This document shows, piece after piece, positions 12,231 to 25,537 of a stretch of 64,000 nt of DNA. Below the pieces are notes generated by a model, which was given only the letters and a program-made list of their open reading frames with translations, was not told the origin of the DNA and made no database searches. The position numbers and the translations under genes were made by a program. The stretch lies in the NCBI GenBank assembly GCA_038087875.1, contig CM076000.1, positions 806,001-870,000 on the forward strand, written 5' to 3'. The DNA is from Malacoraja senta. Taxonomy: Eukaryota. Within the stretch, counting starts at the first letter, position 1, and the number at the start of each line of letters is the position of its first letter.

Positions 12231-15000
12231 TGTTAAATTGTTCATCCGCGGTAAACAAATCGTTGTAATCTGGAAACATCAGTGATATAATTATTAATAT
12301 TAATGATGTTAGCTTCGCAGAATTACAGCATTCATAATGTTAAAGGTGTCTTAAAGGGCATTCAAATTTTGAACGAGGGAAAAGTGTGAAATCGGAGACA
12401 CACGGAGCTGCAGATGCAGCTAGAACCTTAAGCAAAACACGAAATGCTGGAGTAACGTGAGTTCATTCAGTTCTGAATGCCTATTAACCAACATCAAAAA
12501 ATATTTTCCTCTCTTATTTCACAAGCACTGAAGAAGGGTCCTAACCAAAACGTCCCCCAGAGATGCTGCCTGACTTGCCGAGCTACTCCAGCATTTTGCA
12601 TTCCAAACTGTTTATTACAATCTGTGGTGAAGTAAAGGATGCATTGTATTCGCATAATTGATCTGACATTTCTGTTTGTTATTTTTATCCTAAATTTGCA
12701 TGAATGCTACTTAAAATATACCGTTTTAAAACATTACGGAGTATCATAGGAATGCAGCCATAATCACTAAGAAGCTAACTGTTATAAATCCTACAGGATG
12801 TGGAAGTGCAGTGAGCTCCTAAACTAAGTGAATGATTTACAGATGAGTAAAATATTTAGGAAAGGTTTCACAGTCTGGATATTGGTTTAGACTGTAGAAA
12901 ATAAATTCTTACATCCACCAAGTGTCAGTCACAGAAATAACGTTTTCATAAAATAATTCTGCATTGAAGAAATAGCCTAAGTTTTGATTCAATTTGGACA
13001 ATAAATTGTTTATTTTGCTTGTTAAAATGAGAACATTAATGTGAACTATCATATATGTGAAATAAAACTAGTTTCCATTGCGTGCAGTGATCCATATCCC
13101 CCCATCCACTGTATATCCATGTGCCTGTCTAAAAGCTTCTTAAATGTCACTTATATCCTACTATCGTATCTGCCACTACTTAGTTAATGGTACACAGCTC
13201 TCTTTCCTCCTCAATAGCAGATCTGCTTGTTCTTTCACAGAGATCTCATACTCTGTTCAATCTGCCGTGCCAGGCAAAATATCCAAAGTCAATAAACTTT
13301 CAACAAACTTTAACAGTAATGGTATCATAATCTAAATTCTTCCTGCAAACTAGCATTATACAAGATACCAAGAAGTCAAAAACTGGACAATATGCAGCTG
13401 CTTTTGAAATTTGAAATGCAATTACGATCATATATGCTTTCAATAATAACTATATTAGAAGGGTAGGTAGATTGTAATGAATAAACTGAGTAGATACTGT
13501 AAATCCATAAGATTGCAAGTAATTCATTTTCGCCGGTATCATTCACGAGTTATAGGGCTGGTTCACATTCATAATTTATTTCCATAATCCATTGCAAACC
13601 TTTTGTGCCTTTCTCTATATTTATATATTTGATATTACTAATTTTGTATAGCATTGTGATTTTACCGGGAATCATTTATATTATCGGTTTCAAAGCAATC
13701 TGTTTGTTGAATGACCTTTGCAGCTTGTAAATTGTGCTTCTTTGCACAACTTTCAATCGAAATTTTTTAATTAAATTCAAACTCAGCAGTATAACAATAC
13801 AATTAATGACTGTGCATTGCCAGTTACTTAACCTTCCTCACCACCTTATACTTTCTGTCAGTTGCTATCTCATTTCTTAGTGTGATTCCCATTCCAACTT
13901 ACATCTTGCTCTCCTCTATTGCTCTGGTAATTTACGCTCTGTCAAGCATGCCACCATATTCCATCCTTACCCCTTCTTTAAAACCTTCGTAATGCTACTG
14001 TGCACTCCATACTTCACATTTCCAACCCCCACCCTGAATTATTTTCTTACAGACATCTTTCTCCCTTTCCTCCCGCCGCATCCGCACTAATGGATTATCT
14101 TTCCTGGTGTTTTTTGTCTGCATCACAGTCACCCTGAGCTTTACTTTTGTGATATCACAACCTGCCTATGCATTCTAAATATTCCTTACATATAATCTCC
14201 CTATCCTATTCAAGGTCATATTCTGGGCCTCTTTGGCATTACTATTACCCATGGTCTCTCAATTCCTGTGATCTCAATCAATGATACAGACATTTCTGAC
14301 CATTTTTGTGCATTTCCCTCTGCCAAAATGATCATTTGCTTCTGTATCTCTCAGTTACCCTTTATCTTGATCTCAACTCAGTTATTGTCAAAATATTAAT
14401 TCCTGCCTCAGTCACCTTCAGATATTTGAATAATCTCATGCATAGTATCACCTTTAACTTTAATTCTTCCGTTCACTCCCAATCTGACCTCATCATTCTC
14501 CTGCATTATTTCAGTAAGGCTCAACGTTGTGTGTGGAAAGGAACTGCAGATGCTGGTTTATGCTGAGGATAGACACAAAGTGCTGGAGTAACTCAGCGGG
14601 TCAGGCAGCATGTCTGGAGAAAAAGGATGGTGACATTTTGGGTCGGGACCCTTCTTCAGACCCAGCTCCAGCACTTTGTCCTCAAGGCTCTAAGTAGGTT
14701 CCAGGAACAGAGCCTCAGAATATTATGATCTCCTCAACTCAATGCTGAATGCAACAATTTCATATAATCCTCAATTCTGCCATTTTAATTTTGGATTACA
14801 TTGTCATTGAATCTTGCCTGTTTGGAATATCATCGTCCACCTTCCCTTCTGTTCTCTTCTCTTTACCCGATTTCAGTTTTGATGAAAGTTTATTGGTCTT
14901 AAACTTTCGCTCTGCCTTTTCTATAGAAATGTGGTTCTAAGTTGCTTGCGATGTTATGACTGCGATTTGGAACCATTGTAATGTAATGGTTTAGAATGTA

Positions 15001-16936
15001 AGGTTAGGTACACAACAGTCACCCCACAATACTTTGATACATTAATATCAGGAGTACATCCATTCCTCTATAACACCACAATACAGTATTAATAGGTTCA
15101 TCTTCATAGCACTGGGGAGCCATACAGGTCAGTACAGGTACGCCATTCCGTAACACTGGGGAACAATACGGGTGGATATTGGTTTGTTATTACTAGTGTA
15201 ACTGTACTAGTGGGAAGAGGGCTGAGAGTGTGTAACAATGGTAAGGATGGAGTATTGGTTTTCCTCTGTGGAACTCTGGCATCAAACAAGGGTGGTTACA
15301 GGGCTGTTGCTGTGTACAAGTGGGGTACAGTCTGTAACTGCAGGTCTGTCATTACATAACAGTACTGTTACACAATACTGTTGAGTATAGGTCAGTCTTA
15401 GATTAACGTAGTTTTTAGTTTAGTTTAGAGATACAGCATGGAATCAGCCCCTTTGGCCCACAAAGTCCATGTCGACCATCACTTGTTCATAGTTTAATGT
15501 TATTACAGAGAGTACATGGACAATGGGCTTCGTTTTATATTGTGAGTGATTTCATATATTTGGATTAGAAACATTGGATTTTAAAAATCTTTTTAGGGTT
15601 TTCTGTTTTCAGAAAGAACATAAAACATGCAACAGTACAGACAAGAAACAGGCCATCTCTTTGGCCCAAGATGTCTGTGCCGGACACGATGACAAATTTA
15701 ACCAATCCCTTCTGCCTGCACATGATCCATAGCCTTACATACCCTGCATATCCATGTGCTAATCTAAAACCCATTAAATGCCTCTGTCGTATCTGCTTCC
15801 ATCACCATCCCGGGCAGTGCATTCCAGCCACCCACCACTCTCTGCATGAATATATTGCCCCACACATCTTCTTTAAAGTTCTCCACATTGTTTCCCTTAA
15901 GATCTTACCTTCCCTATGTTAACTGCATCATTTTAAATTGTATTTTAAAAGACTACAATATAAGCATGTGCTTATAGCAAAATGAAATTCAATGTGGTGT
16001 TTAAGAACGTCTAAAAAAGGGTATTTAAATGGAGTGTCAAAGGCATGAGGATTGACAAGAGCAGGCCGGAGGACGTTGTCTACAATGACTTGATGTGTCT
16101 ACAATGATGGGTGTAGAAGGTTAGATCACATGGGATCCAGGAGGAGTTGGCCATTTGGATACAATATTGGCTTGGTGGTACACGTCACAGGGTGGGGCAG
16201 TGAAAGGCTGCTTTTCATAGTTGAAGCCTGTGACCAGTTGTGTGCCTCAGGGGCTGATGCTAGGTTCACTTTTATTCATCATACATATTATAATGATTGA
16301 AAGTTTTCAGAATTTTTTAAACTATATATTTCAGCAGCAGATTCCAGAATGAGGGATATAAACTTTAGTAATTCAAGATACCTAAATTAATTGTTGATGG
16401 TTAGTCCATTTAAAATATTGATGCTGAGACTTACGTATTTTTGTTCGGGCAAAGAGGTGGATGGTGTTATACATCAACCGTGACCTAATTAAACTGGTAG
16501 AACAGGCTCTGAATAATTTGCTTCTGTTCCCGTAAGTTACTGTCATACGATTAAAAACAGTAACTTACGGGAACCAAACTTAATTATTCAGAACCTTGTC
16601 TACCAGTATGTAAGACTAATTACGTCAACAAAACATTACAAAGCCTCAAAATACCAAGAAGAAAAACTTCTCAGTACCTGCTCCAAACTAAAGCAGTACA
16701 ACGCCACGGAACCTAAAACAGATCTCTATACCTGCAGAAAAATAAAATTCTGACTTTAGATCTTAGTTGAATTTAAAGCAATTCATGGTGGACCTTGCAT
16801 CACAGAAAAGCCAAACATTTTAATCGAAACAGAAACATATTTAAATTGTACATTATATTTATAAATTCTGCAAAGTATTTATAAATTATAGACTGGATAA
16901 ATGGCAGCTTTATCCCGGAGGGTAGGAGGACCTTAT
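15001..16936 (+). repeat. segmental duplication, copy 1 (copy 2 at 36504-38438)
   Basis: Near-identical sequence from aggttaggtacacaacagtc to ggtaggaggaccttat at an offset of ~21.5 kb; near-identical ORFs 15565/37068 and 15671/37174. Confidence 0.95.
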
Positions 16937-17625
16937 AGAGGTATGTATAATCATGGGGCATTGATAAGAGAGTCAAACTAGAGGACATAGATTCAAGGTG
17001 TGAGGGGAAAAAATGTAATGGAGAGTTGAGGGGCAACTTTTTCCACACAGTGGTGGTGTCGACGTGAAACAAACTGCAAAGAGAAGTGGCAGAAATGGGT
17101 ACAATTACAACATTTGAAAGACATTTGGACAGGTGGATAGAAAAGATTTAGAGAGATATGGGCTAAATGCAAGCAAATAGGACTATCTTGGGTAGGCAAC
17201 TTAGTCAGCATGGACAAGTTGTGCCAAAGGGTCTATTTCCACACTTTATAACTCTGCAACTGTAAGGCATTCAACTAGGTTCCATACAAACATCTTCATA
17301 CAAATACAACTTATCTGGAAATGAAGACAAGCTACTAACTCGAAGCAGGGAATGGATATGCACCAACTGAATTGGGATTTATACCGTGACTTCTGTTTTT
17401 TTCATACATTTACATTGCTTATTTGTTAGATGATGGAACAGAGATCTGTAAATCTGAGTAGACCAGGACAGAAAGTACACAATGGAAACTCATGGGCTAA
17501 ATGGGAGGGCACAGTTGTTGCAGTTGTTGCAGATTCCAGAATGAGGGATATAAACTTTGGTAATTCAAGTTACCAAAATTTACTGTCGATGGTTAGTCCA
17601 TTTGAAATATTAATGCTGAGACTTA

Positions 17626-18278
17626 ATGGCCTGTCCAACTTGGGCGTCAATTGCGTGTCATTTACGCGACAAGCCGGCAGTGACTGTCGCGCGACTGTCG
17701 CGTGAAAATCGTCTAGCAGTACGACAGTCGCGCACTTTGCTCTTGAGGGCCCTGCTTCTTTTGGGAGCCATGTTGTTCGTACTGTACTGTTATTTTAGTC
17801 CGTTATCTCCATGGCAAGGATTTTCCCAGTGAAAATGTTTCAATACTCGGCACGCTTTATACCCGGGTGATTACGTGGTGTGGCGCTCAAATGACGCACA
17901 AATGGTGCGTCGATGGCGTACACGGCGATGCATGGTTACGGACGTTGACGCACCGTGACGCATAATAAATTAGCATAGGCAATGATCGTGCGTCACCGTG
18001 CGTAACCATGCGTCACCACGCGCTACACGTATGCCATCAGTACGTCAGCGTACGCCATCAGTACGCAGTGTGCACAAGGGATACGTCACGGTGGTGGCGC
18101 GCGAGGATTTTGAACATTCCAAAATCCTGGGGCGATAGGGAAGCACCGCGCATTACCGCGCATCACTGCATACGCCACCACGCCTCACCAGGCGCCACGC
18201 GCACATCACGATGCGCCAACCAATTTTTAGGATGTCGCGTAAATAATGCGCAAATGACGCCCAAGTGGGACAGGTCCT
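17626..18278. mobile_element. PIF/Harbinger-type MITE, complete, TTA TSD
   Basis: TIRs ggcctgtccaacttgggcgtca / tgacgcccaagtgggacaggtcc; TTA at 17623-25 and 18279-81; empty paralogous site gagacTTAcgtatttt at 16431. Confidence 0.88.
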
Positions 18279-20631
18279 TTACGTATTTTTGTTAGGGCAA
18301 AGAGGTGGATGGCGTTATACATTAAACGTGACCTAATGGTAGAACAGGCTCTAAATAATTTGGTTCTGTTCCCGTAAGTTACTGTTATACGATTAAAAAC
18401 AGTAACTTACAGGAACCAAACTAAATTATTCAGAACCTGTTCTACCAATATGTAAGGTCAACACGTTGAGGAGATTTCGCGGCATGGAAGAGACTAGTAA
18501 TTACATTACGAAAACATTGCAAAGCCTCAAGATGCCAAGAAGAAAAAGTTCTCAGTAGCGGCTCCAAACTAAAGCAATGCAATGCCATGCAACCTAAAAC
18601 ACATCTCTATTCTTGCAGAAAAATAAAATTCTGACTTTAGATCTTAGTTTAATTTAAAGAAATTCATGGTGGACATCACAAAAATGCCAACCCTTTCAAT
18701 CGAAACAGCAACATATTAAATTTGTACATTAAATTTATAAATTCTGCAAAACCAAGTCAGAGTAACAAATATTCTAACATCCAAGAAAGTAGAGAAAAGC
18801 TCCTTGTAAATCAGAGATATCCAAAACATCAACACATACAAAGATGCACTCCAAAAGCATCACCATTGACTAGCACGTCCACCACCATCATCATAGTGCT
18901 GAGTGATGCTCTACCTAGAGCTTTTCATCGTACTACATCTAGATCCAGATCCAGAAATGGTGACACAGGTAGCCAGAATAATGAAGAGAGTGTTTGCTTG
19001 TTCAAGAGCCTTGATCATACAGGGCATACAGTACAAGGGTTGCAATGTCATGTTACAACTGTATGAAATGGTGGTAAAACCACACTTGAAGTATAACGTC
19101 CAGTCTGTTCATCCAGCTATAGGAAGAATGTCATTGAGCTGTGTAGAACAGATTCACAAGAATGTGACTGGGACTGGGGGCTTGAGTTATAAGGAGAGAC
19201 TGGATAAATGGCAGCTTTATCCCGGAGGGTAGGAGGACCTTATAGTGGTATGTATAATCATGGGGCATAGATAAGAGAGTCAAACTAGAGGACATAGATT
19301 CAAGGTGAGAGGGAAAAAAATGTAACGGAGAGTTGAGGGGCAACTTTTTCCACACAGGTGGTGTCAACGTGAAACAAGCTGCAAGGTGAAGTGGCAGAAA
19401 TGGGTACAATTACAACATTTGAAAGACATTTGGACAGGTACATGGATAGAAAAAAATTAGAGAGATATGGGCTAAATGCAGGCAAATATGACTATCTTGT
19501 GTAGGCAACTTAGTCAGCATGGACAAGTTGTGCCAAGGGTCTATTTCCACACTTTATAACTGTAAGGCATTCTATACAAGCATCTTCATCCAAATAGGAC
19601 TTATCTGGAATTGAAGACAAGCTACTAACTCAAAGCAGGGAATGGATATGCACCAACTGAATTGGGATTAATACCGTCTTCAGTTTTTTTCCTACATTTA
19701 CATTGCTTATTTGTTAGATGATGGAAGAGAGATCTGTAAATCTGAGTAGAAAGTACACAATGGAAACTCATGGGCTAAATGGGAGGGCAAAGTTGTTGCA
19801 GATAAAGTCTCATCTGCCAAGCAGATATCTACCTGCACCCAAGAGTTACAGATGTGCACAAGATCAAAGGTTCATGGTCAAAGTACAGACATTTCCAAAA
19901 GCAAGCAGACAGGTATAAAAAAGGGAAATTTAATTTTGGGTCTTCAGAAAGTCAAATATAGAAAAGCATCGAAACAGGCTCTTTGCATCCATGCCGACCA
20001 TCAATCACTTGTTTACATACATCCTAATTTAATCCTTTAAATAAAATTCTTCCCATATTTTCATCACCCCCCCATTATGTTCAGTTCAGGAAAGATATAT
20101 CATTAAAAAACATAGTTAATATCATATCATTAAAAAACAGGTGTTAATCACTCAGCCTCTCAAGCATGCCTTGCCATTCCATAAAACTATGTCTAATATT
20201 AGCTTGGAAAGGGGTATCAAAATGATACCAAGTTTAATAAAGTTATAACAAAATATACAATGGATTAGAATTTCACTCCTTTGACTATAAAACAGTAAAA
20301 TGGTGATCTTGTTAAGATGATTGAAAGATTTCAGAATTTTTTAAACTATATATTTCAGCAGCAGATTTCAGAATGAGGGATATAACACTTTGGTAATTCA
20401 AGATACCTAAATTAACTGTTGATGGTTAGTCCATTTAAAATATTAATGCTGAGACTTGTGTATTTTTGTTCGGGCAAAGAGGTAGATGGCGTTATACATT
20501 AAACTTGACGTAATTAAAAACTGGTAGAACAGGCTAATTTGGTTCTGTTCCCGCAAGTTACTGTTATATGATAAAAAAAAACAGTAACTGACGGGAACCA
20601 AACTAAATTATACAGAACCTGTTCCACCAGT

Positions 20632-21536
20632 ATGTAGACAAAAGTGCTGGAGAAACTCAGCGGGTGCAGCAGCATCTATGGACGAAGGAAATAGGCAACG
20701 TTTCGGGCCGAAACCCTTCTTTAGACTGTTGTAGGGTGGGGGGGGGGGGGGCGGGGAGAAGAAAGGAAAAAGGAAGCGGAGGAGCCCGAGGGCTGAGAGA
20801 GAGCTGAGAAGGGGAGGAGACAGCAAGGGCTATCGGAAATTGGAGAATTCAATGTTTATGCCGCTAGGGTGCAGACTTCCCAAGCGGAAGATGAGGTGAT
20901 GCTCCTTCAATTTCCAGTGGTGCTCACTCTGGCCATGGAGGTGGCCCAGGACAGAGAGGTCGGATTCGGAATGGGAGGGGGAGTTGAAATGCTGAGCCAC
21001 CGGGAGATCAGATTGGTTAATGCGGACCAAGCGGAGTTATTCGGCGAAACGATCGCCAAGCCTACGCTTGGTCTCACCGATGTAGATCAGGTGACAGCTA
21101 GAGCAGCGGATGCAATAGATGAGGTTGGAGGAGATGCAGGTGAACCTCTGTCGCACCTGGAACGACTGCTTGGGTCCTTGAATGGAGTCGAGGGGGGAGG
21201 TAAAGCGACAAGTGTAGCATCTCTTGCGGTTGCAAGGGAAAGTGCCCGGGGAATGGGTGGTGCGGGAGGGAAGGGAAGAATTGACCAGAGAGTTACGGAG
21301 GGAGCGGTCTATGCGGAAAGCAGACAGGGGGGGAGATGGGAAGATGTGGCGAGTGATGGGGTCACGTTGGAGGTGGCGAAAATGACGGAGGGCTATTTGT
21401 TGCATGTGATGGCTAGTGGGGTGAAAGGTGAGGACTAGGGGGACTCTGCCCTTGTTACGAGTTGGGGGATGGGGAGAGAGAGCAGTGTTATGGGGTATGG
21501 AAGAGACCCTGGTGAGAGCCTCATCTATAGTACGGG
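20632..21536 (-). mobile_element. Penelope-like element 3' fragment (GIY-YIG endonuclease), copy 1
   Basis: RVPLVLTFHP, CNRKRCYTC, NLIYCIRCSSCHLIYIGETKRRLGDRFAE followed by a premature stop. Confidence 0.88.
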
Positions 21537-22053
21537 AGGATTTTCCCAGTGACAAATTTTCAAAACTCGGCACGCTTTATACCCGGGTGATTACGTCGTG
21601 TGGCGCTCAAATGATGCACAAATGGTGCGTCGATGGCGTACGCGGCGATGCATGGTTACGGACGTTGACGCACCGTGACGCATAATAAATTAGCATAGGC
21701 AATGATCGTGCGTCACCGTGCGTAACCATGCGTCACCACGCGCTACACGTACGCCATCAGTACGTCAGCGTACGCCATCAGTATGCAGTGTGCACAAGGG
21801 ATACGTCACGCTGGTGGCGCGCGAGGATTTTGAACATTCCAAAATCCTGGGGCGATAGGGAAGCACCGCGCGTTACCGCGCGTCACTGCATACGCCACCA
21901 CGCCTCACCAGGCGCCACGCGCACGTCACGACGCGCCAACCAATTTTTAGGATGTCGCGTAAATAATGCGCAAATGACGCCCAAGTGGGACAGGCCGTTT
22001 ACATATTTTTGTTAGGGCAAAGAGGTGGATGGCGTTATACATTAAACGTGACC

Positions 22054-22170
22054 TAATGGTAGAACAGGCTCTAAATAATTTGGTTCTGTTCCCGTAAGTT
22101 ACTGTTATACGATTAAAAACAGTAACTTACGGGAACCAAACTAAATTATTCAGAACCTGTTCTACCATTA
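22054..22170. repeat. fold-back hairpin (53-bp arms, 11-nt loop), representative of 11 copies
   Basis: taatggtagaacagg...gttcccgtaagttactgtt / aacagtaacttacgggaac...cctgttctaccatta, 5 mismatches. Confidence 0.9.
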
Positions 22171-22552
22171 TGTAAGGTCAACACGTTGAGGAGATTTTAC
22201 GGTATGGAAGAGACTAGTAATTACATTACCAAAACATTGCAAAGCCTCAAGATACCAAGAAGAGAAAGTTTGCAGTAGCTGCTCCAAACTAAAGCAATGC
22301 AATGCCATGCAACCTAAAACACATCTCTATTCTTGCAGAAAAATAAAATTCTGACTTTAGATCTTAGTTTAATTTAAAGAAATTCATGGTGGACATCACA
22401 AAAATGCCAACCCTTTCAATCGAAACAGCAACATATTAAATTTGTACATTATATTTATAAATTCTGCAAAACCAAGTCAGAGTAACAAATATTCTAACAT
22501 CCAAGAAAGTAGAGAAAAGCTATTTCCAAAGCTCCTCCTGTGATCTCATGGT

Positions 22553-23338
22553 ATAGAAACATAGGAAAATAGGTGCAGGTGTAGGCCATTCGGCCCTTCG
22601 AGCCAGCACCACCATTCAATATGATCATGGCTGATCATCTAAAATCAGTACCCCATTCCTGCTTTTTCCCCATATCCCTTGATTCTTTTAGGCCCCAATA
22701 GCTAAATCTAACTCTCTCTCTTGAAAACAGCTAGTGAATTGGTCTCCACTACCTTCTGTGACAGAGAATTCCACAGATTCACAACTCTCTGGGTGAAGAT
22801 GTTTTTCCTCATCTCAGTCCTAAGTGGCCTACCCCTTATACTTAAACTGTGACCCCTGGTTCTGGATTCCCTCAACATCGCGAACATTTTCCTGCATCTA
22901 GCCTGTCCAATCCTTTAAGAATTGTATATATTTCTATAAAATCTCCTCTCATCCATCTAAATTTCAGTGACTACAAGCCCAGTCGACCCATTCTTTCATC
23001 ATATGTCAGTCCCGCCATCTCGGGAACCTGGTAAACCTAAGCTGCACTCCCTCAATAGCAATAATGTCCTTCCTCAAATTAGGAGACCAAAATTGCACAC
23101 AATACTCCAGGTGTGGTCGCACCAGGGCCCTGTACAACTGCAGTAGGACCTCCTTGCTCCTAAACTCAAATCCTCTCGCAATGAAGGCCAACATGCCATT
23201 CGCTTTCTCCACTGCTGCAGTACCTGCATGCTTACTTTCAGTGACTGATGTACACGCACGCCCAGGTCTCGTAGCACCACCCCTTTTTCTAATCTGACAC
23301 CATTCAGATAATAATCTGCCTTTCTGTTCTTGCCACCA
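22553..23338 (-). mobile_element. CR1 3' fragment (also at ~27463-28249, ~32372-33157, and split as 38465-38837 plus 46268-46678)
   Basis: KANGMLAFIARGFEFRSKEVLLQLYRALVRPHLEYCVQFWSPNLRKD; tagaaacatag tail. Confidence 0.88.
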
Positions 23339-24470
23339 GGGTGAGGCAGTGAAAGGCTGCTTTTCACAGTTGAAGCTTGTGACTAGTTGTGTGCCACAGG
23401 GGCAGATGCTAGGTTCACTGTTATTCATCATACATATTAACGACATGGAAGAGAATGTAGTTGGCATGTTTGGTAAGTATGCTGATGACATCAAAATAGG
23501 TGGTACAGTGGACAGTGAAGTTCGTTATCCGAGTTTACAACAGGATCTAGATCAACTGGAAAACAAGCCAAGGATAGGGAGATGGAATTTAACCCAGACA
23601 AGTATTGCATTCTGGCAAGTTAAACCAGGACAGGCATTACACAGTAAGTGGCAGGGGGTTGGAGAGTGTTGTAAAACAGAAAGATCTAGAGGTACAAGTA
23701 CATAGCTCCTTGTAAATCAGAGATCTCCAAAACATCAACACATACAAAGATGCACTCCAAACGCATCACCATTGACTAGCACGTCCACCACCACCATCAT
23801 AGTGCTGAGTGATGCTCTACCTAGAGCTTTTCATCGTACTACATCCAGATCCAGATCCAGAAATGGTGACACAGGTAGCCAGAATAATGAAGAGAGTGTT
23901 TGCTTGTTCAAGAGCCTTGATCATACAGGGCATACAGTACAAGGGTTGCAATGTCATGTTACAACTGTATAAAATGGTGGTAAAACCACACTTGAAGTAT
24001 AACGTCCAGTCTGTTCATCCAGCTATAGGAAGAATGTCATTGAGCTGTGTAGAACAGATTCACAAGAATGTGACTGGGACTGGGGGCTTGAGTTATAAGG
24101 AGAGACTGGATAAATGGCAGCTTTATCCCGGAGGGTAGGAGGACCTTATAGTGGTATGTATAATCATGGGGCATAGATAAGAGAGTCAAACTAGAGGACA
24201 TAGATTCAAGGTGAGAGGGAAAAAAATGTAATGGAGAGTTGAGGGGCTTTTTCCACACAGAGGTGGTGTCAACGTGAAACAAGCTGCAAGGTGAAGTGGC
24301 AGAAATGGGTACAATTACAACATTTGAAAGACATTTGGACAGGTACATGGATAGAAAAAATTAGAGCTAAAATATGGGCTAAATGCAGGCAAATATGACT
24401 ATCTTGTGTAGGCAACTTAGTCAGCATGGACAAGTTGTGCCAAAGGGTCTATTTCCACACTTTATAACTG
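23339..24470 (+). mobile_element. older decayed CR1 RT fragment (also ~18810-19560 partial, ~28250-29380, ~33158-34290, ~46679-47810)
   Basis: VTSCVPQGQMLGSLLFIIHINDM..KYADDIKIGG, VKPHLKYNVQ; many stops and frameshifts. Confidence 0.82.
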
Positions 24471-25537
24471 TAAGGCATTCTATACAAGCATCTTCATCCA
24501 AATAGGACTTATCTGGAATTGAAGACAAGCTACTAACTCGAAGCAGGGAATGGATATGCACCAACTGAATTGGGATTAATACCGTCTTCAGTTTTTTTCC
24601 TACATTTACATTGCTTATTTGTTAGATGATGGAACAGAGATCTGTAAATCTGAGTAGAAAGTACACAATGGAAACTCATGGGCTAAATGGGAGGGCAAAG
24701 TTGTTGCAGATAAATTCTCATCTGCCAAGCAGATATCTACCTGCACCCAAGAGTTACAGATGTGCACAAGATCAAAGGTTCAAGGTCAAAGTACAGACAT
24801 TTCCAAAAGCAAGCAGACAGGTATAAAAAAGGGAAATTTAATTTTGGGTCTTCAGAAAGTCAAATATAGAAAAGCATCGAAACAGACTCTTTGCATCCAT
24901 GCCGACCATCAATCACTTGTTTACATTCATCCTAATTTAATCCTTTAAAAAAAATTCTTCCCATATTTTCATCACCCCCCCATTATGTTCAGTTCAGGAA
25001 AGATATATCATTAAAAAACATAGTTAATATCATATCATTAAAAAACAGGTGTTAATCACTCAGTCTCTCAAGCATGCCTTGCCATTCCATAAAACTATGT
25101 CTAATATTAGCTTGGAATGGGGTATCAAAATGATACCAAGTTTAATAAAGTTATAACAAAATATACTATGGATTAGAATTTCACTCCTTTGACTATAAAA
25201 CATTAAAATGGTGATCTTGTTAAGATGATTGAAAGATTTCAGAATTTTTTAAACTATATATTTCAGCAGCAGATTTCAGAATGAGGGATATAACACTTTG
25301 GTAATTCAAGAAACCTAAATAAACTGTTGATGGTTAGTCCATTTAAAATATTAATGCTGAGACTTGTGTATTTTTGTTCGGGCAAAGAGGTAGATGGCGT
25401 TATACATTAAACTTGACGTAATTAAAAACTGGTAGAACAGGCTAATTTGGTTCTGTTCCCGCAAGTTACTGTTATATGATAACAAAACAGTAACTGACGG
25501 GAACCAAACTAAATTATACAGAACCTGTTTCACCAGT

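Noticed and set aside
18008..18295. Repeated 95-aa His/Arg-rich ORF (also 21728, 26639, 31538)
   Set aside because: Lies within the GC-rich non-coding MITE, has no transposase motifs, and recurs only because of the tandem array
20869..21438. Recurrent 189-aa plus-strand ORF (also 30689, 35593, 49115)
   Set aside because: Antisense shadow of the Penelope coding frame
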